In this document: in pieces, positions 13,217-25,324 of the stretch | Position numbering within the stretch: the first letter of the stretch is position 1 | How the letters are laid out: the number at the start of each line of letters is the position of its first letter | DNA from: Macrostomum lignano | Lineage: Eukaryota | Direction: 5' to 3' | NCBI GenBank assembly: GCA_002269645.1 | Contig: NIVC01003503.1 | Location: 30,612 to 94,611 of the forward strand | DNA: 64,000 bases | Notes under the pieces: model-generated | The model's database searches: none | What the model saw: the letters and a program-made list of their open reading frames with translations, nothing else | Told to the model about the DNA's origin: nothing | Program-made: the position numbers and the translations under genes

Positions 13217-14224
13217 TTATTTCAGATAATGGGTGTATCGCCTGCGGGGGGCGAATCCTGAGGTGACAACTCTCTCACTTCTTGGTCTCAGATTATAATG
13301 CGGCCTATGCTCAATCCTTTCGTCTTCATTTCTTTCTCTCCTATCTAATTCTAATGCGTCATCTGTTTCGGCTGGCTCAGTTCTTTCACTATCTATTGAC
13401 TCATCTCCCTGCTCAAATTCTTCTTCGTTTGGTTCTATCTCATTCTGCTCAATCTCATCTTCATTCGGATCGATTGCTCTGGTTCTCCACTGGATTCTTT
13501 TGTCTTCGGAACTTTCGCTTAATACTATGGCTGGCTCCATCTGTTTTCCTGTCCGTTTTGGCTGTCGCTGTTGCTGTGGCCTTTTCAGTTCTTTCTTTTT
13601 CTGCTTGTTAGTCGGCTTTTCTTTCGGTTCTGCTTCTTTGTTCTGTTCATCCGGCAGGTCTATTTCTGAGTTAGGCACTGGGGTGAGGTTGTTCCGATGC
13701 ACGAGCATCTTCTCGCCACTTCTCACTCCGTCTATCTCTCTTTGCACTCGGAAGACTGTTTCAGAAATTTGCGCCAGTACTCTGAATGCTGCTCTTTTCT
13801 TGCGATGGAACTTGTGACTTTCTTCGCTATGTAGCTGCGAATTATTGTTCAATGCGAGGCATCCAACCGGCACATGCTTCGGTGGTTTATTCTCAGCATT
13901 GTCACCTTCTCGTCGGTCTCTCACTTTTTCCAACTTTTTCTGCACGATTTTCTGCGCTTCTTCAAGTCTTTCGGCATGACTCAGCACGTAGCTTGGATAG
14001 TCATAGTATAGCCTAGGCTTCCGAATAATGCTGTCAATTCTGAGGTTTGCTTCTCTGCCGAATAGCAGGTAGTGCGGGGTAAACCCGGTAGTCTGGTTCA
14101 CACTGGTGCGCACAGCTACCAGAGCTGCGGGAATTAGCAGATCCCAGTCGGAATGGTCTTTCTCTACTAGGCACGATATTATCGACTTTATCTGCTTATT
14201 GAACTGTTTTGGAAAAAAGTACAA
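13217..14224 (-). pseudogene. pol: Gypsy integrase C-terminal fragment
   Basis: FNKQIKSII...DWDLLIP..VRTSVNQTTGFTPHYLLFGRE is the typical Ty3/Gypsy post-catalytic integrase segment; N-terminus is absent. Confidence 0.85.
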
Positions 14225-14862
14225 AATTCCAGTATTTACATGTTAATATTAATGGATTAATGCTCATTACCAATAATTAGTTAACTTTTAGTCAACTTAA
14301 CAATGTTAAAACTTAATAAGATTTTCATTAATATACTAGTGCCAACATTGGTCATTACTTTGGATGCAGGTTCTTCTGCAATTAAATTTGTATTACCATA
14401 TTTAAGGTTATTTGTATGTGAGAAATTTCCAGTATACCAATTGATAGTTGAGCCATTTCTGTATACTACTTTGGCATACCATTTAAGTTTGAGATGATTT
14501 TTTGGCTTTTAATTGCTGAAAATTCTAATGGTGCAATAATATTATATGCTTTTTTGTTAAAACAGAATAATTTATTATATGTTTAAAGTAATTTGAAGTA
14601 AGGCAGTTAAACAGAAGAAAAAAATTGTTTGGAACTTTGGCAGGTTCAATATTTTGAATTGCCACTTGCATGTGCATTTGCAAAATTAAAGCTGGAAATT
14701 TCGTACAAAAGAATTTGTTGATTCTGTTGGGTTTTTCTATCTGCCAGGTAGTTCATATAATAGTCAAGCTGTTGTAAGTTAAAAGAGCAGTGTATCGTTT
14801 GTATACCTATAAAGTTTATAAATAATAAGTCCTATTTGTTATTACTGCATTCTGCATTTCAG

Positions 14863-15915
14863 ATGCCTCTTGAATGCTCTGGATCACTTTGTTGGAATTC
14901 AACTTTGACGTCTAATGAAGACTACATCTACATCGGTGGTCTTTATCTATCTGTTGCTGAATCAGCCGATGGTGATTCTCCTGTCATTTATTTAGTGTGC
15001 AGTTCTGGTTTATTTACCATGGCGATTAAAAAAGTGGATGGTGAAATATTACCATTAAGGAAAGCTGACGGTTTTGCTGTTACTGACCAAGTCTTGCTTG
15101 CTATCTTGTCGGGCGTCATCTATTCCAAAACAATGCACGATATTGTCAAAGCAATTAAAAACAAATTGAAAACTATTGTGCTACATCCAATACAGTTCAA
15201 CCTCAATAATGATGCGAGATCAATTAGCTTCAAGTCCATTCACACAACATCGAATGAAGTGTTTTCAATTACAAGTGATGAAGCTCTTTGCAAATTATGC
15301 AATGTTGTCAGCTGCAGTGCCATTTCAACTGTAGAGCCAGCCTGCCCATTTCGTGTCCGCCAAATTGCGTGTGGAAATGACCACTGTGTTGTATTAGCGA
15401 ACAATGGCTTAGTGTTATCCATGGGAGTTGGCTCCCACGGTCAACTTGGACATGGCGATTTAGCTGATTTGACTGTTCCTAAGCAAGTGGATTCGCTGAG
15501 TATACTCTCAATTGTTTCTGTATCAGCTGGTGGTTGGCATAGTGCATTTCTTTCTAGCACTGGAGATCTATACATGTGTGGTTGGAACGAGTCAATGCAG
15601 CTAGGCATCAAAAATACTTCTCTATGCTCAGAACCGGAGCCACTTGACTTGCCACCTGAACTCTCTGATGGAAGTATGATTGATGAAGTTGTATCTGGTG
15701 TCTCCTGTGGCCACAGACATACAGTTCTGTGGACCGAAAGAAATACAATATTCTGTCTTGGTGGGTCTACAAACTTATCGGATAAGCGAAAAGTACTACT
15801 TGGCGATAGCTTCAGAGTAGTTACCATTGGACATAAGTCAACTGTGTATCATGGTCAGAGCGCTATTGTATGCAAAAGTTTTGACTTTGGTTTTGCAGTT
15901 TACTGTCAATCTTAA
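14863..15915 (+). CDS. RCCD1: RCC1 domain-containing protein 1-like, 350 aa, single coding exon
   Basis: RCC1 repeats QIACGNDHCVVL, MGVGSHGQLGHG, VSAGGWHSAFLSSTGDLYMCGWNE, VSCGHRHTV; AGGWHS..GDxY.xGWNES.QL is RCCD1-like; ATG directly follows the acceptor tctgcatttcAG. Confidence 0.8.
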   Translation: MPLECSGSLCWNSTLTSNEDYIYIGGLYLSVAESADGDSPVIYLVCSSGLFTMAIKKVDGEILPLRKADGFAVTDQVLLAILSGVIYSKTMHDIVKAIKNKLKTIVLHPIQFNLNNDARSISFKSIHTTSNEVFSITSDEALCKLCNVVSCSAISTVEPACPFRVRQIACGNDHCVVLANNGLVLSMGVGSHGQLGHGDLADLTVPKQVDSLSILSIVSVSAGGWHSAFLSSTGDLYMCGWNESMQLGIKNTSLCSEPEPLDLPPELSDGSMIDEVVSGVSCGHRHTVLWTERNTIFCLGGSTNLSDKRKVLLGDSFRVVTIGHKSTVYHGQSAIVCKSFDFGFAVYCQS

Positions 15916-18245
15916 GTAGTTTTTTTAGTTTTTGACTGAATTATAACGCACTTCGGTTGTCTATTAAGTATAGTCCATAGTTATTGCATTTAGGCACAAA
16001 AGTGGGAATCGTAAAATCTGACTTGCTTTTTGAACTTGTAACAGAAGTTAAATCACTCGTCTATTAATATTGTATGCTACACCCGTCTATAAGTAATTCA
16101 TTATTTAAAGACGGAATTTCATGGTATTTATATTTTCAGTCAACTTAAGCGTGAGAAAACCTGTATCAGTGTAAATTAGATAAGTAAAAAACATTTTTTT
16201 GTTAAGTAGCGCCTCATTTTTGTTTTATGTTAATCTTAATAGAGCGAAAAGTCGAAGCATATTTTGGTTTAATTGTACTTTAGTAAAAATTGCTTCAAAA
16301 CTTTGTCATCTATTTTCTTATGTATTGTAGCTTCATGATTTCCAGTTTCCAAGCTAATGTAAGTGCTTCAATGCTCGTAACCATGGACAACCCAGTGGGC
16401 AGAGGTTAGAGAATTTATTTATTAGGACATTTTAGAGGCTAATTTGGCGCAAAAATATGTGGCAGACAAAAAAAGCGATAACTTTTTATTGATAGTTATT
16501 GAAAACAGATAAAAAGCAATCGTTTAGTAAAACATGCCTTTATATTTTCTTCATTGATTTCTGTAATGTAGCGACTTACTTCATTTAATTTTTCACCTGT
16601 CTCCCTCGCTCTTTTCTCGCTCATGTTTGTATCTCTCTTCATTCTGATTGGCTACCTTTGCGTCTTATCTTTATCCTGTCACTCTGCTTTCTGGTCGCTT
16701 ATTCTATCCTTTCCCCATTGCGCACTGATTTGTTTTCGTCATTATTTTTTACCACCCCATGCTGTAACTATTTACCTCCGTCTCTTATCGTGCATGCAAC
16801 CTCACCCCCTCTATGTCAAATGTCTTATAAATATGCGAATTTGGGCCTTGAGTTGTTTGTTTTTTCAACTTCTATAATTTAGTAACTAGTTTTATTGATA
16901 TTATTTACATGTAAAGCTTTTTAAAAATCAAGGTGCGGTGAAGAGGAACCAAAACAGTATCAATGTTTTGGTTTCTAGAATTATTAGGTTTTTAGTGATC
17001 TTTTGATACGCTCAAATAGTGTGTAAATATAGTGAATGTGAGCTATGTTTAATTTTTTTGTGGTCCCAGATTGCCTCGAGCATCACAGTGCCATTGAGTG
17101 TAGCAGCAAAAAAAATTAAATCGAGAACTGACTAGCACAAGTCCGAGTGTGAAATATTGTATCATTTCTTTGTCTTTTGCGTCAAGTCTCGCTAGTTAAT
17201 ACTAAATTTACTTTTCAAGGCACAACTGTTGCCAGTGTAAAATCTCCAAAAGGTAAGAAATAGCTCCCAGAGTGCATTTAGGAATAAAAAGCGAATGTCT
17301 TCGTGCTTCGCTTTACTCATTTAGCCGCAATAATAGCAGCTACAGAAGTTTTGATTTATGGTTTTAGCTCATAATTGATAGTATAATAATGATTTTTGAA
17401 ATCTACCCCTTGCGCCATTTGGGTTGCAGAAATGTTGCGGGGACGTTGACAAACAAACATGAATTGTTTAGTGCTTCCGTTTGTCGTCTGCAGGAATAAT
17501 GCAGGTTGGGGATGCAGACGCGCAACATTGATAGATCAACGTAAATCAACATTTATGCAGCTGTCAACGAAACGCAGTTTTGGTAGTTTTTTGTTTGACA
17601 ATTTTTGTTGATTGCTACGTTTATCAATATTCAAATTTGTTTTCCCTCCGCTTTTGTTCCAGATCAGTGGTACAATATTCAGTTAGAAATATTATCTGAA
17701 AAGCACGTACTTGCAATAATGATAGAAACTTTTAAAACATTGTAAACCCTTGCTTCGAGTGTGCATAGTAAACTGCTCGTACATTTTGCATGTACGTGCA
17801 TATACCATAAATTTGCAAATAACTGCCAGTTAATTTTTCGGTGAGAAGTATATGAAAGAAAATGACATCACTGAGAACATGCCATGTTAATCATGGACCG
17901 AAAACAAAGTCAATCACAACCAAATGTGTTGAAGTTGCGGAACGATCGATAATGGAGGTTTAAAATGGTGCAGTTTCCTATTAGAGATGAGACATTTAAA
18001 AACTTTAGCAAATGATGAATGAACATTCCGATCAGTAACGATGTTAGCCTCTTTGGCATAATCATTTTAATCGGCAGTATCGTCGTAGCTCTTGTGCCGC
18101 TTGTTGGCATGCCACTTCTAACTTTCATTTCTCATTTCTTGATTAGAGTTGCTGGTTGTAAGACGAGTAACTACAGTGAGGTGCTAGGCAGACTAAGTTC
18201 CATTCTTTCGTCGCGACTGAGTTCCCGCGGGGATTACTATTTTTA

Positions 18246-18830
18246 CGGGGCGATTAAAAAGTCCTGCAAGTTACGTTATTAAAAAGTGCAGAGAAATCTG
18301 GAGCATGCATTCAGTATTGCATTTCCTCGAAGTATTTCTCCTTCACTTCGATGTACCGTGTCATTCGCATTCGCCAAGCCTGAAAGCAGTTGAGGTACTC
18401 TGATGTGGGCTGTCTCTACAGTTCTGATTTGACTGCTCGTGTCAGATCCTAAATCCGAGAAAATAGCCTTCCAGAAATGGCAGTCCTAGACTTAGTGAAC
18501 AACCAGAAGTCGCTGGGTTCAAGGTATTGTGAGTAGGTTGGGTGAAGCAGCAGCTGAACTCCTGTCTGTTCCAAGAAGGCTCGAGTTTCAGTGCGGGGGG
18601 CCGCATTGTCGTGGTATAGCAGCAATCTGGCACTTCTCCGTTCTGGCACGCTGTCGCCTCTCCTAAAGCAAAACAGTCAGCAGTTTCCGTGTATACTTGG
18701 CAGTCACCGTGCTACGCTCAGGAAGAATTTCGACTGCTAACACCCTATGAGAGTTAAAGAAAACGATAAGCCTTGTCTTGCGTGGGCCGGCCTGGGTTTA
18801 TCTTCGGTTTACCAGACCATGTTAGACTCC
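18246..18830 (-). mobile_element. Degenerate mariner 3' fragment
   Basis: YHDNA...HPTYSQYLEPSDFWLF (decayed HDNA/HPPYSPDLAPxD); TIR-like TA|CGGGGCGATTAAAAAGT at 18244. Confidence 0.75.
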
Positions 18831-19333
18831 TCTTTCATCTTAAAGAAGGAAATCTAGCATTTGTCTCCTGTGACGTCAAAACCTTTGTCCAATAGATCGT
18901 CAGATAGAAGTAGCGATTAAACTTTTTGTCTTTCCTTTCCTTCTTCCGTAGCTCTGCTAGAGCGTCGAATGACTTTGTCTCAAAATTTTCAGGTAGTTTT
19001 TTGTTAGCAAGTAGATCGTACATGTAGCAGTGTCGTGCAGTTGCAGTTAAACAGACTGAACAGCATTAACATCAATCAGTCCAGACAAATGTCCATGCCG
19101 TTTATTAAGTTGGCTTCGCATCGGACTGCTTTCGATTCTGTGCAAAGCCAAATTTGCAAAGAACCTAACTCACTTATAGCTTTGCTCCATTCTTGCCGAT
19201 CGCAATGAAGATGCTTGCTGTTGCTTGCTTGTGCGAAGTATATTAAGTCAATCCGTTAATAGCGGAGGCAAGTGACTTTATTGAAAAGCAAACGAAGCTG
19301 CTGCTGATAGCTGCCTCTCCCTCTGGTGTTCCT

Positions 19334-21706
19334 TTAAGAGCGTTGTCTTCTCCTTTTAAAATGATTGCTGCCTAGCCGGGTTAGCTTAGCAATGCGGTTA
19401 ATCGACATGGCAAGCGCCCGGCCATGGCGGACCACCCTTTCAATGTGGGAGTTCAAGGTCAGCCTGAAGTCCAGGTTCATACCTAGGAACCGGACTTCTT
19501 CTTGGTATTCAAGGCTCGTGCCGCCCAGGTTAAATTTGGGGCGCAGATCAAGCCGCCGGGTTGGCTTATAGTTAAACGCAATCACCTGACTCTTGCCGGC
19601 ATTGATCTTGATCCCCTGCCCCCCACACCAGTTCCAAACTTGGTCAAGGTAGGGTTGCAGGAGCGACTTGAGGCCAGCAAAAGAGTCCGCCGAGGCCCAG
19701 ATGGCCATGTCGTCGGCGAATTGGCTGCGCTTAAGATTTGGATGTTGCGGCCTAGGCATAGTGCTGATCAAGAGCAGGTAGAGGAAGGGGCTCAGAATGC
19801 CGCCTTGGGGGACGCCCGCCTGCAGCTCGTACGGCTGGCTGAGCGCCCCGTTGACCTTCACCTGCATTAGCCTGTCTGCTAGATAGTCAGAGCAGATCCT
19901 GACGAGGGCGTCCGGCGTGTCGACTTCATGCATCCTGAACCTTAGGAAGTCATACCACACCGAGTCAAACGCCGCTTGTACGTCAAGGAGAATGGCCAGC
20001 AATCTTTTGAGTTTGGCTTTTCCAACCTGGACGTCTTGGACGAGACGGACAAGGTTGTCGTAGGTCGAGTGTACCTTCCTGTATGCGCACTGATCCTCAC
20101 CGAGGATGCCTTGGCCCTCAAGATGCTTCATCAGTCTCCTCACCAAAAGCTTTTCGAACACCTTGCCGAGGCAGGAGGTTAGACTGATGGGCCGATAGGA
20201 TCCCGTGGATTCAGGCGGTTTTTTCAGGTTTGGGAATCATAGTCACCACCGCCTTTTTCCACTGCGATGGGAAGATCCCCATACGATAGCAATCGTTGAA
20301 CAGTTTGGTGATGCGAGTAACCGCTATAGGCTACAGGCCATACTTCAGGACGCAGTTGGGAACTTTGTCCAGGCCCGGAGCACTGTCTACCTTGAGATGG
20401 TCCAGTTCCCAGAGGGTATCTGTAACAGAGATAGGGGCCTCCAGGGGGTGGCCCATGTACGGTTCTGCGCTCGGTGGGACAGGTCTGAAGAGTGGGAGCT
20501 TCATAGTCTGCTCAATTTTTTTCTTCAGTCCATCATCCGTAGATGGAATCGGGCGCATTTTGGCATCTAAGGCTCTCGCAAGCATGTCAGCCTTATCAGA
20601 GTCTGTGTGTGCGAGGGTGGCGCCATCATTCAGGGACGGAATAGTGGTGCCCTTTTTGCGCCCCATCAATTTTTTTTGTGTCTTGCCAAAAGTCCTTGAC
20701 ATTCCGACGCTGACTTTTTTCAACTATTTTCTCGCACAATTGGGTGAATTGGCCCTGCTCAAACGAATGAATGGCGCTTTTTATTTCCTTCGCCTTTCTA
20801 TTCGCGAGGAGCCTGAAGTTGTCGTCCCTGGTGCTAAGGTACAGACGCCGGAGCTTTCTTCTCTCCTTGATCATAGCAATGATCCTCTGGGGGAGGGTTC
20901 TACGGCTATTTCTGACCGGGACGTTTTCCTCGATAGTCTTCTGGATCGCACCGGTGATGAAGTCGACCTCCGCATCAATTTGCTGCCTGGTTCTAAGGTC
21001 TGGAGGCCATGCATCAATCATCTTTTCCATAAGGATATTTTGGAACTCCTCCCAGTTGGCTTTAGCAAAATTTCGAGCCTTCTCTGGCCCTTGCCAGTCT
21101 GGGGAGTTACTTGCCAGGGTAAGAATAATTGAAAGGTGATCGCTATTCAGGTCGTCACCCACTTTTTAAGTCCTGGATGTAGGGGACGAGGTCGCTGGAG
21201 GCCAGACCTAGGTCCAGCACATTCCGGGAGACCGTTCCTTGTCGATGGGCTATTCTGGTGAACTGACCTGGTTGGTTTAGAACGGTGGGACGGTTTGCAG
21301 GGTCGCCACAGAGCCAGTCATGAAGCTGTTGGCCAGCCCTGTTATTGCGACTCTCGCCTCCCAAGAAATTGTGCCTGGCGTTGAGGTCACCCATAATAAG
21401 AGAGTATTTGGCCGAACACAGCCGAGTCAAAAGACCGACATTAAGGTTGTCCGGCGATGGAGACCGATAGATCAAGGCCAGTTTGAAAGCAGGGCAAGCG
21501 CCGTCAAGAGGGGTGACTGTGCAGGTAAGAACCTCATGGTTGATGTTGTCGTACGAGAGCTGGACATCAGCTACCTTAACCCGTGGGGTGTGTACGAGGA
21601 GGAGTCCGCGCTTCGTACTTGGAAGGTCAAACCGCACTGCAGCATAGCCCGGAAATGTGCATACTTGGGTATTTTTCAGGATGGTCTCAGAGAACAACGC
21701 TATATC
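19334..21706 (-). pseudogene. LINE ORF2, APE endonuclease plus reverse transcriptase (several frameshifts, one stop)
   Basis: APE motifs LDIALFSET, IYRSP, MGDLNARH, LDLGL, LNSDH; RT motifs PGLDKV, SYRPISL, LLDVQAAFDSV, GVPQGGILSP, QFADD; split over ORFs 21155-21697, 20626-21162, 20331-20723, 19334-20161. Confidence 0.92.
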
Positions 21707-21708
21707 TA

Positions 21709-23493
21709 CGAGGGGTGTCCCAAAAGTTCCCGGAATGTCTAACGTAGCTCTTCAACAGAGCCATGAAATTTCACGCCCATGGTGTCAAATGAAAGGAAAT
21801 TTTGTCACAAAGAATACAAAGTTAAAATCATGTTGATATCTTTTTTTATTCAAGAGCTACAGCAAGAAACTTGCGCAAAGGTCAGGGGTAGTGTTACACA
21901 ACCTCAACAATCTATGACAATGATTTTAAACAATAAAACACAGAACAGTTCATACCGTTGATGAAATGGGTGCCGATGATGGGCATGAACCAATTCAAAA
22001 TTCAAAGCGAATCGTCAAGCTCAACCTGCGGCTTCTCCACGTAGTCCCCATTCAGCTGGACACACCTCTGCCACCTTGAAAGCATGCCGTCGATGGCCTG
22101 GGCAAAAACAGTTCGAGGCATTTCATGCAGGATGACGCGACGAGTGAAGTCTTCAAGTTCACTGCGGTTCTGGAACACCCGGCCACGAAGAAGTTTTTTA
22201 ATTTGTGGAAAGATGGCAAAATCGGCAGGGGCCAAGTCTGGCGAGTAGGGCGGGTGAGGCACCAACTCAAAATTCAGCTGGTTGATCTGCGCCATCGTCT
22301 TTCTAGCGGTGTGTGGCCGAGCATTGTCATGGTGCAAAAAGCAGGGCTTCTCACCAGAATGACGCCGCTTGTTTCTCACATCATCCTTTAGTCTGGCCAG
22401 GCTAGCAACGTAGCGATCAGCATTGATGGTGGTCCCTTCCTCCAGAAAATCAATGGTCAGTGGACCACAGTGGTCAAAGAAGAGAGTCAGCATGACTTTT
22501 TTCGAATGCTGGTCTCGCCGAGCCTTCACAGGGGCAGGTGACCCTTTCTTTGTCCAAACCCGGCTTTCTTCTTTTGTCTCAGGATCAAAAAACGGAATCC
22601 AGGTCTCGTCACCAGAAATGATCAGCTTACCGAAGTCGCTCCAGCCACCTTGCCTCTGAATGAGCTCAATGTTGGACTTGGCGACGCTCAGTCGTTGTGC
22701 CCTGAGCTCCGGTGTGAGGAGACGGGGAACCCAGCGGGCTGAGATCTTTGAGAGAACCAGATCGTTGACGATTATTCGATGGACAGTCGACTTGGCAATA
22801 TCCAATTGATCAGAGATCTCTCGAATAGTCAAGCGGGCATCCGAGTCCAGCAGGGCCTCGATCCGTTGATGGGATGTCTCTCCACCCGACGTGCAAGGAC
22901 GGCCAGAGCGTGGCTGATCATTCACAGCAGACTGGCCATCTCTAAAGCGTTCGATCCATCCGTAAATTGCAGTTTTTTTCAGGCCGTTCTCACCGTGGAT
23001 GGAGAATAAGTGGTCAGAAATCTTGGCTCCACTCCATCCTACTGACCAAAGGGCAAAAACTTGAATTCGCTGACTTTCAAGGCTCAGAAGAGAACTCATT
23101 TTCGCAAAAAAATTTCAAGTTGAAAGCAAGCGCTTGGTACGAATTATCTGCACTCGCGCAAAAGCTCAGATTAGCTTTATGAGCATTTCTGCTTTTTCCA
23201 TAGACACTACCACGTCTTTCTAACACGTCAGTAGCACGAATTCAAAATGATAAAATTCCAAAAATGGAGATGAAAAAATTATTGCCATAGATTGTTGAGG
23301 TTGTGTAACACTACCCCTGACCTTTGCGCAAGTTTCTTGCTGTAGCTCTTGAATAAAAAAAGATATCAACATGATTTTAACTTTGTATTCTTTGTGACAA
23401 AGTTTCCTTTCATTTGACACCATGGGCGTGAAATTTCATGGCTCTGTTGAAGAGCTACGTTAGACATTCCGGGAACTTTTGGGACACCCCTCG
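21709..23493 (-). mobile_element. Intact mariner (DD34D), 1785 bp, with ~208-bp TIRs
   Basis: TA TSD at 21707-21708 and 23494-23495; TIRs begin CGAGGGGTGTCCCAAAAGTTCC and match for ~208 bp with one mismatch seen. Confidence 0.95.
22002..23099 (-). CDS. Mariner transposase, 365 aa, uninterrupted
   Basis: HTH region, WVPRLLT, GDETW, HHDNARPH, HPPYSPDLAPADF; I counted 34 residues between the 2nd and 3rd Asp. Confidence 0.95.
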   Translation of the reverse strand: MSSLLSLESQRIQVFALWSVGWSGAKISDHLFSIHGENGLKKTAIYGWIERFRDGQSAVNDQPRSGRPCTSGGETSHQRIEALLDSDARLTIREISDQLDIAKSTVHRIIVNDLVLSKISARWVPRLLTPELRAQRLSVAKSNIELIQRQGGWSDFGKLIISGDETWIPFFDPETKEESRVWTKKGSPAPVKARRDQHSKKVMLTLFFDHCGPLTIDFLEEGTTINADRYVASLARLKDDVRNKRRHSGEKPCFLHHDNARPHTARKTMAQINQLNFELVPHPPYSPDLAPADFAIFPQIKKLLRGRVFQNRSELEDFTRRVILHEMPRTVFAQAIDGMLSRWQRCVQLNGDYVEKPQVELDDSL

Positions 23494-23634
23494 TAGTTTC
23501 TGGTCTGAGACCCAGAGCCTGAGTTCTTTTAATTTCGGTATTATTCCCCTGCAATTCAGGTGGGCGATCTTGAGCCCTGAGGCAGTGGGGTTGGAGCTAT
23601 CGTGCCCGTTATTACCGATCATTACTAATTTCAT
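23494..23634 (-). pseudogene. N-terminus of LINE ORF2 (start of APE), separated by the mariner
   Basis: MKLVMIGNNGHDSSNPTASGLKIAHLNCRGIIPKLKELRLWVSDQK joins in frame to LDIALFSET once the mariner and one TA are removed. Confidence 0.9.
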
Positions 23635-23639
23635 TCATT

Positions 23640-25260
23640 CTAGGTCTGGCCATCCACCTGTCGCCGGGGGGCGCCAAGCAGCTGACCAAGACCTTGGTGA
23701 CCTTCCGACCCTCCTGCAAGGGCCCGGGCCAGAACCCTACCTACTACATCTTGCAGCGTTTGACCGGTGCCTTCAGTAGTATGCGGCCGTTCGGCCTGGC
23801 TCGGCAAGAGGACCGTAAGCACCTCTACGAGCGCTTGAACTAGCTTGGGAAAGAGCCCACTCACCATAGCTTCCATGGCGGCGAGCATGTTAGGCAGCAC
23901 GTCATTACTTGGCGGCGGATCACTTGGCAACTGCGTCTGGGTCACAGAGTCAACCGAGTCGCGCACAGGGCGCTTTCGACTAGGGAGGCCGGGGCCGGTT
24001 AGCCAGGACGAGTCGTCGTCGGTGCCCCCCGTAGCCGTTGTCGCCCGTGCAGCGGTCTCGATTGGTCTAGGCGCAGTCACCGGAGCTGATCGCGGTGCGG
24101 GGGCGGGTGGCGCTGCTGCTGCTGCTGCCATCGCCTGCGCTTCTGTTGGTGCAGCTCGCTCAGTCGCTGCAGTTGCTAATACTGGTGGCGGAGCTGCTGC
24201 TTGCATTATTGCCGCGGCTTCCCTGGCGCCGGCTTGATAGGCTGCAGCGCGCCGGGCCGCCTGGCTGTGCTTTTCAGCAGCTACTGGGCAGTTCCTGTAG
24301 TTTGCTCAATGGGCCTCGCCACAATTTGCGCATTTGGCCACGTCCGGGTTCGGGCACTCTTTCCAGCGGTGCGCCGCCGCGCAGATGTTGCAGCGCGGAG
24401 CAGCACGACACCGATTCGCGCGGTGGCCGAACCGCTGGCACTTATGGCACTGGAGCGCCCTAGCCGGAGCAGCCGTCTTGCTTGGTTCGCAGGCATATCT
24501 CGTGAACTGCGTTATGATGCCTGTCGCCAGGCAAGCATCCGCAGTGGCTTTATTAGGTAAGAATAGGCGGACGAGGTGAGTCGGCTCATTACGCGCTCGC
24601 GACGTGATGCGACTCGCAGAGATAACTTTCAAACCTACGTCCTCCCGCAGGTGCTGAATGAATGCCGGAATCTCAATCTCGACCGGCACACCCCCCGGAC
24701 TACTACAGAGTGCACCGATCGGACTGGAGGTGGCCGGTGAGCGGGTCTGTTGTACATTGGTCTGGAATTGGGCAGTCTACGCTTGACTGGTACGCCGTTC
24801 ATGTTTGGCTCCCTCAGCGGCCCTCGGAGAAAGATCTGATGGTCTCTGGGTGTCGCTGGGAAAACCAGGTAGCCGTTCTTAGAACTGATTGGCCTGGTCA
24901 GCGTTGCTCGGGCGTTGCCCTGAAAGTTGGACGCCAGCCATTTAAGGAAGTTAATTTGGTCACATTTTGTGTCACCGTCGAAGTTGAAGACGACTGGCAC
25001 TACGTTCTGCAGGCCTGGTGCAGCATTATTACTATTGTTGTTCCTTGCTGATTATTAATATTACAATTTTGACCCGCAGCCGACGCATATGAGCGCCCTT
25101 GGATGATAGGCCGTTGAGCTGCGCCACCGCGCCCCGCACCAACATTGCCGCTTTGGTCTTGTACTTGGTTGCGGGAACTGCCAAGCGCAGCAGGGCCGGG
25201 CGCGCCGGCCGCCCCACGTAGCAGGACCGGAGTCCGCCCCGCCTCTGCCAGGCCCATCCC
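23640..25260 (-). pseudogene. LINE ORF1 gag-like region with three CCHC zinc knuckles
   Basis: RSYASAA; SVVVRGVPVEI; QCHKCQRFGHRANRC, CNICAAAHRWKEC, CANCGEAH*ANYRNCP (in-frame TGA); Ala/Pro-rich C-terminus; frameshifts near 25215, 25045 and 24690. Confidence 0.85.
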
Positions 25261-25324
25261 CGACGGGTGCTGCTGCCGCTGTCGTGCCTCCGTGCCCCGG
25301 TGTGCCGACGCCAGGTGGATGAGT

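Larger units (their letters stand above)
9510..14230 (-). mobile_element. 5'-truncated Gypsy LTR retrotransposon (integrase C-terminus, accessory ORF3, 3' LTR ~9510-11296)
   Basis: Integrase ORF 13217-14224; LTR-like end ...TTCTTACA at 11296; TATA at ~11080; LTR motifs shared with the other LTRs. Left LTR boundary is approximate. Confidence 0.7.

Noticed and set aside
18019-18282. Hydrophobic 87-aa ORF
   Set aside because: Runs into a mariner TIR; no family motif; cannot be supported as a gene
18835-19023. 62-aa charged ORF
   Set aside because: Short, no motif, lies between transposon relics
21779-21961. Twin ORFs MVSNERK... (also 23220-23423)
   Set aside because: Artefact of the long mariner TIRs
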